Assembly: GCF_044704955.1 (NCBI RefSeq)
Contig: NC_091989.1
Span: 56,358,001-56,422,000 of the forward strand
Reading direction: 5' to 3'
Length of the DNA stretch: 64,000 nt
Source: Pristiophorus japonicus
Lineage: Eukaryota
Below the pieces are notes generated by a model. That model saw only the letters and a program-made list of their open reading frames with translations. It did no database searches and was not told the DNA's origin. Both the position numbers and the translations under genes were made by a program. How positions within the stretch are numbered: the stretch's first letter is position 1; the number at the start of each line of letters is the position of its first letter. This document shows positions 1-12,642 of the stretch, one piece after another.

Positions 1-124
1 GCAGGTTTAACACTCAAGCGTGGATTAGAAGCAATTTTCGCGGAGCAGTATATCTTGTTCCCACCCACCCACTTCCACTGAAGGTGTGGAGAATGCTGGC
101 TGACACACAGCAACATCTTTCAGG

Positions 125-240
125 ATGGCGCAGGGATCGAGTGAGAGGGTTCACAGGTTCTTGGATGTGGCACTGACAGTCCTGGTGGTGGAGGTCCGGA
201 GGAGGAGGGATGTCCTGTACCTGCAGGGGGAAGGGTTCTC
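125..240 (+). pseudogene. Harbinger-type Myb/SANT-like DNA-binding protein remnant
   Basis: RFLDVALTVLVVEVRRRRDVLY resembles the N-terminal helix of Harbinger Myb/SANT partner proteins; a similar motif occurs at ~40.94 kb. Confidence 0.4.
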
Positions 241-540
241 CTCGCCCTCCTATCCCCCTCTCCTGAAGCAGCTGGTGCTGCTCTGCCTGCCCTCATCTCC
301 TTCTCCCATTCTTCCTGCAGACTAAGGGGGACCCCCTAACAATATGCCGATAATCAAGCACTTCCTTTCTACTGGTGACTCCTGCAAGGTGTCCAATAAG
401 ATAGAGTAGCACAGCACTTACTCTTTTTAGGTGAAGTCCTCATAAAATTTCCAGAATAAAGGTTGAGAGTATTGGTGAAGTCTTGACATGTATATCAATG
501 TATATTAATGCTTTATTCATCTGCTTTTTAATATACTACT

Positions 541-550
541 GTGTCAGCTA

Positions 551-585
<35 letters not shown>

Positions 586-985
586 GAGGTTGTGGGTACA
601 AGTCCCCTCCAGAGACTTGTGCACAAACTCAAAAAGGCTGATACCAACAGAGTGCTCCACTCTAGGAGGTGTGGTCTTTCGGATGAGACATTAAACCGAG
701 GCCCCATCTGCTCTCTCAGGTGGATGGAAATGATCCCATGAAACCATTTCGAAGAAGAGCAGGGGGGTTCTTCCCCGGAGTCCTGGACAATATTTATCCC
801 TCAACCAACATCACTAAAGCAGATGATCCAGTCATTAACACAATGCTGTTTGTGGGACCTTGCAGTGCACCAATTGACTGCTGCATTTCCCACATTACAA
901 CAGTTATAAAGTATCTCATTGGCTGTAAAACATTTTGGTATGTCCAGAGGTTGTAAAATATGCTATATAAATGCAAGTCTTTTTA
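541..985 (+). mobile_element. tRNA-derived Deu-domain SINE (SacSINE1/AmnSINE-like)
   Basis: tRNA-like head TGGCTCAGTGGGTAGCACTC; Deu-like body GATGAGACATTAAACCGAGG...TTTATCCCTCAACCAACATCAC; tail CTATATAAATGCAAGTC; related copies at 31.75/35.2, 37.9 and 59.6 kb. Confidence 0.75.
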
Positions 986-1944
986 TGTGATGGAATTACT
1001 ATTAGAATTTTTGCCCCTTTTTAATGCAATTGCACAATTGCCCAACTTTACTTTGTGCACTGCCTGGAAGAAATGGAGGGACAGTGGGGAAAGATAGGTT
1101 TACAGATGAAGACCTGCAGATCACAGTATGTGAGGGCAGAGCAAAGGGCTCTCAACAGATTGAAGAACAAGCAGGTTGTCAAAGTGGGGTCATGCAGCAG
1201 GAGAGTCTGAAAAAATATATGAAGACGTCAGATTTGTGAAGAAAAAACTCAAGTGAAAAATGAAAATGAGTGTGAATAAACATAGCCTTCCTATATGTAG
1301 ATTGCCACTAATTGCAGCCAAATAACAGGTGTCATAAAACTTTACTCGAGTACTTTAGTACCTTCACCTAACTTGATGACGTAACCTGTTGCAAACACAA
1401 AACAAAGGGAAGTGATTTACATAATTCAGGGCTCGCATGTCAGAATCAAAATGGTGAATCTAGAATGATGCAACTGAGAAAGACAAGAATGAATTAATTG
1501 TTCACACATACACAGTCAGTTGTCAAACATCAGCGGAGGAATGGTACTTACATTGTGATGAACCATGCATTTACATCAAGGTAAACAATTTACAGTCAGG
1601 TAAACCTTGCATATGCTATAAAACTGCTTTTTCCTAAAATATCCAGATCAAAATATTCACTCTGTGTATATATCAACACACAAACAACAACAACAACTTT
1701 TATTTATATAGCGTCTTTAACGTAGTAAAATGTCCCAAGACGCTTCACAGGCTAAACTTCAACAGAAGACACTGAGTGCAAACAGGTGGAGATACTCAAC
1801 AGGCCAATCGCCTCATTCCATTTGAAGATGCTATCATAGAGATCATATGGGAAGCTGTACGTAGCATGGATGACACATAAGCTGGAGGAGCAGAAGAACT
1901 CTTAGTATAATTACAATCACAAACCTTCTCTGTGCAAATTACAT

Positions 1945-3380
1945 ACGTAGAATTACATAGACTATATAGCACAGAAGCAGGCCATTTGCCCAACCAGTCC
2001 ATGCCGGTCTTTATACTCCACTCAAGCCTCCTCCCATCCTTCTTCATCTACCTCTATAAGCATAACCCTTCATTCCATCCTCCTTCATAGGCTTAACTAG
2101 CTTCCCCTTAAATGCATCTATAACTATTCACCTCAACTATTCCTTGTGGTAGCGAGTTCCATATTCTCAACACTCTTTGGGAAGTTTCTTCTGAATTCCC
2201 TATTTGATTTCTTGGTCACTCTCTATATTGATGGTCTCTAGTTTTGCTCTTCCCCACAAGTGGAAACTCTCTTGATCTATTCAATCAAAACCTTTCATAA
2301 TTTTAAAGACCTCTATTAAGTCACACCTCAGCCTTCTCTTTTCAAGAAAACAAAGTCCCAGCCTGTTCATCCTTTCCTGGTAGTTAAAAACTTGCAGTTC
2401 TTGTATCATCCTTATAAATCTTTTTTGCACCATCTCCAGTGCCTTTATATCCTTTTTATAATATGGTGACCAGAACTGCTCACAGTACTCCAAGTGTGGT
2501 TTAACCAAGTTTAGCAGAATCACTCTACTTTTCAATTTTATCCCTCTCGAAATAAACCCTAGTGCTTGGTTTGCTTTTCTATGGCCTTATTGACCTTCGT
2601 CACAACTTTTAGTGATTTATGTATTTGTACTCCCAGATCCCTTTGCTCCTCTACCATATTTAGATTCTTATTTTCGAAGTAATATGTGATCTCATTTTTT
2701 TTTTACCAAAATGTAATACCTAACACTTACACTTATCTACGTTGATATTCATTTGCCAATTGTATGCCCATTCTACAAGTTTATTACTGTCTTCTTGTAA
2801 TTTGTTAACTATCCCTCCCAATTTGATGTTGTCCACAAATTTATAAATTGTGCTTTGATTCCAAAGTCTAAATCGTTACTATAAATTGTGATCAACAGTG
2901 GCCCCAGCACTAATCCTTATAGGACCCCACTTCTCATCTTCTGCCACTTTGAATAGCTACTATTTACCTCTACTCTCTGCTTTCAGCTAGCTAGCTATCC
3001 ATTCTGCTAATTGTTCTCTGACTCTACATGCTCTGACTTTATTCATTAGTCTATTATGTGGTACCTTATCAAAGGATTTTTGGAAATCTAGATATATTAC
3101 ATCTACTGCATTATCCTTGTCTACTATCTCTTCAAAGAATTCAGCGAGGTTGGTCAAGCAAGATTTGCCCTTTTGGATTCCATGTTGACTACTCATTATT
3201 ATATTTTTGGTTTCTAAACGTTTTTCTATTTTCTCCCTTATTTTCCTTACTACCGATGTTAAGCTGACTGGTCTACAGTTCCCTGGACATGTTCTATCTC
3301 CCTTCTTAAATATAGGTATAACATTAGCTGTCCACCAGTACTCTGACACTACACCTTTTTCTAACAAATTATTAAATTGT
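1945..3380 (-). mobile_element. CR1 LINE fragment (decayed ORF2 RT and 3' end)
   Basis: Peptides WTANVIPIFKKGDR..NCRPVSLTSVV, YLDFQKSFDKVPH, LVKPHLEYCEQFWSPY, RRLRCDLIEVFKIMKG. Confidence 0.88.
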
Positions 3381-3924
3381 TCCAGCAAGTGCAAAGCAGT
3401 GGTTGTGCTGTGAAATATGACATGTACTGTTTGTGCGGCAACAATACCATGCTTAACTATGCTCACTGACTTACCTTGTGCCCTTTTCTTCTCGTCAGAC
3501 AAGTAAAGCATCATCACATTCAAGTATGCACCAACCCAGGGACATGTACTGGCCCAGATATTGTGGCCTCGCCGGGTCCGTATGAAATGCGCACGCACCC
3601 GGTGAGGCATTGCAAAAGCCAATTCTCGACGCGCAATGCGCATGTGGCAAGAACCAGCTTTTCCGATGTGTCAAGATTTCTCTGTACAGAATCTGTGCAC
3701 CCCCGGGAGAAGGACATCTGCGGGGGAGAGATTGGGCTATTTACGCTGGTAAAAGCAGGTGCATGGTCTACTTTTGCCAGTGTAACACTTTTAAAACCTA
3801 AAAATTAAATTTACACACTCATCTTTATATTTAAAACCCTGTGCATTAAGGTAAGTTTATTTTAAACCCTATTAAACCACATGGAAAAAAATTCCCCCAA
3901 ATATTTTTTTTCTAAAACATTTAA

Positions 3925-5268
3925 TTACAACAACTTTTATTTATAAAGCGCCTTTAATGTAATAAAATATCCCAAGGCGCTTCAAAGCAGCGTTAAAAGA
4001 CAAAATGAATAAATTTGACACTGAGCCACAAAAGAAGGAATTAAGGCACATGATCAAAAGCTTGGTTAAAGAGGTAAGTTTTAAGGAGAGTCTTAAAGGA
4101 GGAAAGAGAGATAGAGAGGCGGACAGGTTTAGGGAGGGAGTTCCAGAGGGTTCAAACAGCTGATGGCATGGCCACCGTTGGTTGAGTAGTTATAATGAGG
4201 AATGTTCAAAAGGGCATAATTTGAGGAGCGCAGACATCTTGTGGGATTGTGAGGCTGAACGTAGGATTCTGGTCTGAGGCCTAAATTCGCTGCACAGTGC
4301 ATGGGAGATGTCTATCTCGTACGTACGTACATACAAGCTGGAGTCACGTGGGCCTGGACCACCAATCAATATGCAGTATTCTCATTGATAAAAATGGGAG
4401 CTCTGTTTGTACGGGTTTCCATTACTAGGGACTCCATCCCTCTCCCTAGCATAAATTTGAGAGTGAACAAGACTGTTCATAACCTAGGTGTCATATTTGA
4501 CCCTGAAATGAGTTAATGACCACATATCCGCGGCATAACTAAAACCGCCTTTTTCCCACCTCCGTAACATTGCCAGCCTCCGCCCCTGCCTCAGCCCTTT
4601 TGCTGCTGAAACCCTCATTCATGTCTTTGTTACCTCTAGACTTGACTACTCCAACTCACTTCTGGCTGGTCTCCCACATTCTATACTACGTAAACTTGAG
4701 GTCATTCAAAACTCAGCAGCCAGTGGCCTAACTCGCACCAAGTCACGATCGGAAGGGGCAAGGCTATGGAATGATTTGTAAACAAGGATGAGAATTTTGA
4801 AATCGAGGCGTTGTTTAACCGGGAGCCAATGTAGGTCAGAAAACACAGGGATGATGGGTGATCGTGACTTGGGCAAGTTAGGACACTGGCTGCTGAGTTT
4901 TGGATGACCTCAAGTTTACGCAGTGTAGAATGTGGGAGACCAGCCAGAAGTGAGTTGGAGTAGTTGGAGCAGGCTGGCAATGTTACGGAGGTGAGAAAAG
5001 GCGGTTTTAGTTATGCCGCGGATATGTGGCCAGAAGCTCATTTCAGGGTCAAATATGACACCTAGGCTGCAGTCTTGTTCATTCTCAGATTGATGCAAGG
5101 GAGAGGGTTGGAGCCCGTACAAAGAGAGCTCCCATTTTTATCAATGAGAATACTGCATAATGATTGGTGGTCCAGGCCCACGTGACTCCAGCTTGTGCGT
5201 ATGTATGTATGAGATAGACATCTCCTGTGCGCTGTGCAGCGAATCTAGGCCTCAGACCAGAATCCTAC
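3925..5268 (-). mobile_element. L2-like LINE 3' fragment containing an inverted copy of its own 5' part (4257-4750)
   Basis: NLGVIFDPEMSF..HI, DYSNSLLAGLP, KLEVIQNSAA motifs; (CAA)n-TTTATTTATA tail as at 44.24 kb; 4257-4750 is the reverse complement of ~4860-5268. Confidence 0.72.
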
Positions 5269-5809
5269 TGTTGTGGAAAAATATTTCCAAGACTGTATAA
5301 TATATAAAGAGAGGTTTATTAAATCGGAGACAAAGCTTTGGGAGAAGTGTTAGAGACCCCTGTCTCTGAACCAGCTTCTCAATTTGGTATCTCCAGTGAG
5401 GTTCTTTTATCTTACAAATTACGTCACTTTACATCACATGCTTTAGCACTATTCCTTAAGTCTAATCATCGCATTACAAGATTTACAAAGCTTTTCATAC
5501 AATTACTATCCAAGGCTGAGCTCTTGATATAAACCAGCCTCGCATTGTGACAGGGCATTATAAACAAGTGCAGGCTTTTTGGCACCGGTATAGACAAACA
5601 TACCCACACTTATCTCTCCAGTCGTTCATTATCTCACTTTCCTATCTCCATAACTCAAGGCCAGCATACCTTGAAGTCTAACTGTGTTTTTTTATATAAA
5701 GCATAATGCATCAGTATTGTCCCTTACAAAATTCATTAAAGGGGAAAATAAAAACAAATGTTTGGTCCCGTATACTAGTCAAGTATATGTCCAAAAATCC
5801 GCTCCAACA
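5269..5809 (-). repeat. ERV-A 3' LTR (541 bp)
   Basis: Direct repeat of 16539-17078 (about 8 substitutions plus 1 indel by eye); preceded on the minus strand by the polypurine tract CCAAAAGGAGGAATAT; minus-strand AATAAA at 5315-5320. Confidence 0.95.
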
Positions 5810-5948
5810 ATATTCCTCCTTTTGGTCCTGGAAGATGTTCACAAAATCCAGATGACCACAATGATAGTAGCATGGTGTCATATATTCGTCCTTTGGGGTA
5901 TGTTACTTCCCTGATGTTCCGTATATCCACCTTGCCTGTAGCTCTAGG

Positions 5949-7318
5949 CTACCCTTCAAAAAGAGAGTGGTCGGTGTCAACGTCGTCTGTTTCTTCATCC
6001 TTGGTGTCTTCAGGTATTTCCATCAGGTGTGCTTCTTCTTCGGCGATTACACTGGCTACTGGCATCAGTCGGGCCATCATAACTTTACAGCAGATATTAA
6101 AACACCCGATAATCAGACAGCAAGTAATTATTATTACAACCAGAATAATTACTCCATGCATAAAATAGGACCCCCAGGATCTCCCTAACAGCCAGTCAAA
6201 CCAGCCAGATCCTCCTGCTGTCGTGGATAACTTCTTTACCTCCATTCTTATGTGATCAGTGAGGTTGGTTATGTTTTCTGAATTATCGGGAATGTAAGTA
6301 CAACATTCAGCTCCAATTAAGGCACATGTGCCCCCATTTTGTATATAATCTAGGGCCATTCGGTTCTGGAGTACCATTGTGCGTATTTCAGCCATTATGC
6401 CCTCTATTGCTTCAGTAGTGTCATTAACTATCTGTTCCATTACCCTCTCTAGGTTACGTAATTCATCCATGGTGCGTCCTATCCCGAATGGGAGCATCAT
6501 GACCCCAAATAGCCTCTCTACCGGGGTAAGATCTCGTCTTAGTCGACCTAGTGTCTGTACTTCTGCTAAAGTACGTACCCGTCTGACAAAAGGGACCACA
6601 TATCCCAAATAACAGGACCCCCTCCAGTCCTGAGGCAACCAGGGGTAGGCCTTATGCCCACACACAAAATAAGTGCCATTGTATGCTGTTCGATTCGATC
6701 CCAATCTCTCTTTCAGCCCCCGTCGCCACCTAATCTTAGGGTCCCAGTCCTGGCTACTTGTCTGATTCTTCAAACCCTCTATTTCAAAGAACCCCTGGTT
6801 TGTTGTTTCGCTGGCTATTATGTTCCACCTGGTGAGGTTAAAGTATCCTGCTACAAAACCTGTTTCCTCACCAGTCAGGTTTCTAGTGAAACAAATGTCA
6901 GCGGTGGGCCTTCCAACTCCTGAGGTGTTGGTCAAAACCAGAAACGGGGGTCGTACCGACCTATTGTATTCCGGCTGGTACCATCCGTCAATGCATCCAA
7001 AAGGTAACCCCCCGATCTCCACGTTTCTTTATCCCCACTCTGATTCCAAGTATCATTTACTTTCCCTGTACCGTTTTGTCGCATTACCCACTCCGCTACT
7101 TCCGAAATGTTAAGGGAGATTGACCTCAAAGGGATGCCTCCTTTGCTATGTATGGGGATGTGCGAACATACCCAGCAACTGGAAAAGTTCTCATTTTGCG
7201 CATAAACACAAGACATGTACAAAAAGGTATTCACATGTAACTCTCGTTTCGGTATAGCTAGCAGGCCGGACCTAACACGAACTATGATAATCGCACCGAT
7301 CGCAATATATAGTTTCAT
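5949..7318 (-). pseudogene. env: ERV-A envelope, gamma-type (one frameshift near 6990)
   Basis: Signal peptide MKLYIAIGAIIIV; CWVC (CXXC); furin site RLRR; ISD LQNRMALDY; CX6CC (CALIGAECC); hydrophobic TM; upstream acceptor TTGTTTGTCTATTTACAG near 7397. Confidence 0.93.
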
Positions 7319-7431
7319 CTTATTACTCTATAATTAACAAATAGTCAAAGGCAAAATGGCCGTATGGCTTGCTTGAAGAATCTCTCGCTGTCAATCTGTA
7401 AATAGACAAACAACAACAACTAATACATGTG

Positions 7432-10400
7432 CTAAACGGCTGGTTCAAAAACCTTATGCTGGGTCCAATGCTTCCATTTTCCGTTCCCTTTAACATCGAT
7501 GCAGGCACAAGTGTCCTTGCTGATTATAACCTCATACGGTCCTATCCATTTTTGGGGCAAACCCCGGTTTTCCCGGAAGGACCCTTACCATAACGCGACT
7601 TCCCGCCAACGGGACTTCAGGGAGCTTTGTAAGCTCTGCTTCCGCGTCTCTTTCTTCCTGATTGTCCCTAACTAATTTACGCATCCCTTTTAATTGAGTA
7701 CTTAGTTCCAAAACATACCGTTTTATTTTGTCTTTTAATGGGCCTACATCGGTCCCCCCTGTTATGATGATCTCTGGTAATTGCATCGCCCTTCCTGTCA
7801 TTAGTTCATAAGGGGTTAATCCGGTTGTCCGGTTTGTCGTGGCTCTTAACTTCATCAATATAATGGGTAATACTTCTGTCCACGTTTTTCCTGATGTTTT
7901 CATAGCCTTTGCCAGAGCGTTCTTAAGGGTATGGTTCATGCTCTCTACCATCCCAGAACTCTGCGGGTGATAGGGGTTGTGGAATTTTTGTTTTATGCCC
8001 ATCAGCTGGCATATTGTTTTTACAATTTTTCCGGTGAAGTGGGTGCCTTGGTCAGAATATCCTTGCCACTGTTGAGGCAGTGCAATCACGTGTGGGGAAA
8101 GCTTCCACCCACCGGGTAAATTGATCTATAATCACTAGGCAATATCTTTTTCCATGGGATGGGGGCAAAGGACCTGTGAAATCAATTTGTACATGTTCCC
8201 ATGGCCCCCGTGGACAGGGCTGGTGTCCCATTTTAATTTTAATGGGCCTGCCTGGATTATATTGTGCGCACGTAACGCATCGATGGCAATATTTGCCGAT
8301 ATCTCTCCCCATCCCTTTCCACCACCAATCTCTCCCAAGACTCCCGGTCATGGCCTCTCGTCCTGAATGAGACAGGCCATTATGCAACTCCAATAAGGTA
8401 TTCTGTATGCATTCAGGTGCCATTACCTTGTCGTTTCGTCTCCAAACGTTATCCTTCCCTTGCGTTGCGCCCTGCTTTGTCCACATACCTATTTCCTCCT
8501 CAGAAGTGTCCTGGTGTAGTTTCTCAATACTTATCTGTTCGACTCGGGTCCCAGCGGCACTGACTGAGGCTTCCTCACACTCTTCCTGTTCTAATGCCTT
8601 CTGTGCAGCTACGTCTGCAGCTTTATTTCCCTGGTGACTCAGCCAATCTGGACTGGTTCGGTCCGGCTCCCTCCTGTGGGCTTTAATTTTAATAACCGCT
8701 ACCTGTTTTGGTTTATTACTGGCTGCTAAAAGAGCTTCTGTTCTCAGCTGATGCTTTATGGGATGTCCGCTAGTTGTGATAAAACCCCTTCTCCCCCATG
8801 CTGTCATATAATCGTGTACTACCCCGAATGCATATCTACTGTCCGTATAGATATTAACAATCTTATTTTCCGATAATTCCAGTGCCCGGGTGAGGGCTAC
8901 CAGTTCTGCCACTTGAGCTGATGACCCCCCATTAATTCGCCCTGATTCCACTGACTCTAGATCTTGGTTAACTACGGCCCATCCGGTACGAGATAGTCCT
9001 CTATGTATTTTCGTGAGCCGTCCACAAACAAGGTTTGTTCTGCAGTTTGAAGGGGGGCGTCTTTTATTCTATCCTCTTCCATATCCTCACATACCTCTTC
9101 GCAAAAGTGGGGTTCCCCTTCACCCATCATACCTTCTGCGGGGTTGTTTCCTACATCCCTAATTATGGTTACCGCTTTGTTGGGTGTTAAGAGGACTGCT
9201 TCCCACTTTGCCCGTCTTATATTAGATACGGTTCTCAGTTTTCCTGTGTTTAACATTTCTACCAATGTGTGTTTAGTGTGGAGAATGATGTTTCCAGTCA
9301 TCACCACAGGCTCGTTTAATTTTTACCGCCCAAGCTGCGCAATCTAGCGCGGCTATACATCAGGATAACCCAGTCACCACCGAGCTTTCGGTGGTAGAGT
9401 AATAGGCTATTGGTCTCCTTTTATCCCCGTGATCTTGGGTGACCACGGCCATATAGAACCCACCTTCATTGTTACAGTGGATGTGGAAATCCTTACTCAT
9501 GTCAGGCAGTCCCAATCCAGGTGCGGAAACTAGTTCTGACTTGAGTTTATTATACGCCTGTTCTTGTTCAGGGCCCCACTCTATGAGGTCTAGGGCCGGT
9601 TTCCCCCCTTTCACTAATCTTTGTATTGGCTCAGCAATTTTTGCAAAATCAGGGATAAAGTTCTGGCTGTAATTAAAGAGGCCCAGTATCTTCCTCACCC
9701 CCCTTACCGTTACTGGTCTAGGCATGTCCTTGACAGCCTTTTTCCTATCCGAGGGCATTTCTTTCAGCCCCTTTGAGAGGCAGTACCCTAGGTACAGGAC
9801 CTGGGATTTCCCTACCTGGGCCTTTTTAGGGTTAACCTTAAGGCCCGCCGTTTCCAGAGCCCTTAATACTAAGTATAGGGTTGCCTGATGTCCTTCCTTG
9901 GTTTCTGAGGCTATTAATATGTCATCGACATATTGTAAAATACTATTTCCTGCCGATACCTATATTTGTTTTAGTATATCACTCATGACACGATGGAATA
10001 TGGCAGGACTATTATGGAATCCTTGTGGTAATTGGGTCCAAGTATATTGTTTATCCTCCATCGTGAAGGCAAATTTTTCTTGTGATTCTGGGTCGAGGGG
10101 AAAGGCCCAAAAACCATTGGCTATGTCCAGGACTGTAAAGATCTTATGTTCAGGGGATAATCCATCAAAAATTGTGGAGGGGCTGGCCACTATCGGGTGT
10201 AATTTGGGGGTGACCTTGTTAAGGGCAGTGTAGTCGATAGTGAGTCTATAACTCCATCTGGTTTCCCTACCGGCCATGTTGGGGAGTTAGTGGTGCTAAC
10301 TGTTTCTTTTAAGATACTCTTTTCCACTAGCCCTTTTACTATTTCTACAACCGCTGTTCTAGCTTCAGGTCTTATAGGGTATTGTCGGTGTGGTTTATGA

Positions 10401-10942
10401 GGTGGTCCAGGGACTTTAATAGGATCCATCTTCGCCTTTCCAGTATCCAATTTTGTCTGTGCCCAGACCCCGGGCACAGAGGCACATATGCCTCCATACC
10501 CTCCAGTCCCAATAAGCCAGTCAGTTTTTGTGGCTGTAGCTACACCTATACTTTCCACATGGTGGGCTATCTGTCCTAAATCTCCCTTACTGCCATCCGC
10601 CTTTGGCCATGTCAGTTTCCCCTTGCCGCAATCAATCAGGGCCTTAAATTCCTTCATTACATCATTCCCCAATATTGTTCCCTCACGATTCTTGTATACG
10701 TAAAATCTCATGGGTATATATAAGTTATCAATTTCCACCAATTGGATGGTGCTCAGGTAGGCCAGTGTGGGCCGTCCATCTATTTCGTTTATCAGAGCCT
10801 TCTTGTCGGTGACGGGAAGGGGCATATTGGTAATGGATATTGAGGCTCCCGTGTCCACTAGCATCTCATACTGTCGGCCCCCTACTAGTGCAGACACATA
10901 TATCCTTCCCTCCTTTTTACTTTGTATAGGGGCTGCCGGACA
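7432..10942 (-). pseudogene. pol: ERV-A pol (PR-RT-tether-RNaseH-IN), multiply frameshifted
   Basis: LVDTGAS protease; LDIANGFW..YTWTQLPQGFHNSP and QYVDD (9921-9932) RT; LFVDGS, SAQVAELVAL, IYTDSRY RNase H; HHCC, QIDFTGP, SDQGTHF, YHPQSSG integrase. Confidence 0.95.
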
Positions 10943-11321
10943 TCACCGGGTGGCTTTGTACGCCTGCTACTTCTGGTATTCCTGTTCTGACAGGGTCCTT
11001 GCCTTATTAGGATAGCCATTTTTACCATAGCATGTCGCTTCCAGATGCCCTTTCTTACCACAATACGTACATTGCTTTTCACTGCCTTTCCCTTTGCATT
11101 CCCTGGCAAAATGGCCCGGTTTTCCACAATTATGGCAAGTCCCCCTTTTCTGCCCTCCTCCTGTTCCCGTGGCAGAGACCTTTTCCTGCTTTATCTTTTT
11201 CTTTTCTAATCTGCTAAAGCTTACTGTTTTAGCCTTTTTCAAAAGTCTCTTTTACACCTTTGTTGTAGGTATTAGGCATCCTAGGGCAACGGCACCTGTA
11301 GGATAAGGGTAGAATTAAATA
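10943..11321 (-). pseudogene. gag: ERV-A gag C-terminal remnant (nucleocapsid, two CCHC knuckles)
   Basis: [14 protein letters not shown] and [14 protein letters not shown]; in frame with the protease across TAG (10967-10969) and TGA (10943-10945). Confidence 0.9.
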
Positions 11322-11883
11322 TGTAACTTGTACCATAAAATGGCTACCAGTGAAGCCTCAAGGGATTTATGTTAGCTGAAATAGACCGCATTCCTGGAGA
11401 CTGATACTTGTTGTTTCCCACACACAGGACCAGCAAGCAAGCTCTGCAGGTGTCTCTAATCAGCTAGGTCTCAGGACCAAATGTTCTAGTAACAATACGG
11501 CTCTGTAGCAGGATGGAGATAAGGAGGCTACCCAATGCCAGCATCCAAGGATAGTAAGATAAGAGAGGCCCAGGCCATGTTACAAGACACATGAGTCATC
11601 CCTAGCAACACACCCCTTAGCAACACATCTCTTGGCAACACATGAGCCACTTTACGTTTAGAGACTAACGCTATTGGTCTAATGTAACTGTAGTAAACTG
11701 TTGTATGTAACTGTAGTAAATTGTTGTAAAACATATAAAGATCCATGAAACCCTTTGTTCAGCGGAGAGAAGCCTGGACTCAGTCTTGTGATTTCCTCCC
11801 CGCTGGTGTGAATAAAGGCCGCACTGGCATTGGAACCGACTCTGAGTGTTGAGTGATTCTTCTGACAAACACTAACACTAACA
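11322..11883 (+). repeat. Element B 5' LTR (562 bp)
   Basis: TGTAAC...CTAACA termini; TATA-like CATATAAA near 11732; AATAAA at 11811; immediately followed by the PBS; 3' part repeated at 15397-15466. Confidence 0.88.
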
Positions 11884-11884
11884 G

Positions 11885-11902
11885 TGGCGTCACGAACAGG
11901 AT
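11885..11902 (+). promoter_or_regulatory. Primer binding site, tRNA-Ser(CGA)
   Basis: TGGCGTCACGAACAGGAT is complementary to the vertebrate tRNA-Ser(CGA) 3' end ATCCTGTTCGTGACGCCA. Confidence 0.85.
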
Positions 11903-12425
11903 TTCGGGGTCGCTGGGCGCCCTTGGAAAAACCCGGGTGAGTATACAAAACGATTTTTAATTATAAAGGGTGCGGAAGGTGGATGCTGGTTGATCGACAC
12001 GAGGAGATGGTCCAATATCTTAAACACCTAGCCTGAGCCTGAATTAAGAGGACTTTAGTCCCACGTGACGGCCAGGAATTAAGTAGGTGCCGGGAACACA
12101 CTTGGACCGTGGGATCGTGATACTGAAAGGCATCTTCCAGACCCAGCAGTGTAATTTGTAATATACCCCGGGGTAGAACAGCGGCTAACGGAATCCAAAC
12201 CTGCGAACAGGGTCGGACCAACGGGCAAGAGCGGTGGTAGGTAGTCGTTAAGGTTAACGTAAGCACTGCGGGAATTGCTTAAACGCGTTTTAAGAATTGT
12301 ATAAGTCTGTGTAACAGCAGAACTTGTGACCTGACAGTAGCTAGGAGACGGTTTACTACAAGTTACGCTAGGTAGAAAGCGGACCTCTGAGAGTAGATAC
12401 CTAATGGATCTAGTCCTACCCAGGA

Positions 12426-12642
12426 ATGGCCATGAAAGCAAGTAAACTCGAGTGGGGATCAGAAGGGTCCATTACCCGCCATCTGGCGGAAAAGCAAAAG
12501 AAACTAATCGAAAAAAATGATTAGAGCAGGGTGGAATCCTCAGGAACTACCAGCAAAGCAACGGGAATGGTGGGAGAAGGAACGGAAAGTCAAAAAGAAA
12601 AAAAAGGCTGTGGTCTTGATACTGCGAGCCCACGTAAATTAA
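12426..12642 (+). pseudogene. Basic matrix-like ORF remnant of element B (one frameshift)
   Basis: MAMKASKLEWGSEGSITRHLAEKQKKLIEK / MIRAGWNPQELPAKQREWWEKERKVKKKKKAVVLILR downstream of the PBS; Trp/Lys-rich like retroviral MA. Confidence 0.4.

Noticed and set aside
541-620. tRNA genes at SINE heads and PBS sites
   Set aside because: Only tRNA-derived SINE promoters or short PBS complements; no full cloverleaf
5338-5914. Duplicated small ORFs (also 16608-17169) as a gene pair
   Set aside because: Antisense translations of the two ERV-A LTRs
7432-10942. ERV-A as an endogenous foamy virus
   Set aside because: Two CCHC knuckles, in-frame gag-pol, a Ser rather than Lys PBS, short LTRs, a gamma-type env and no accessory genes after env
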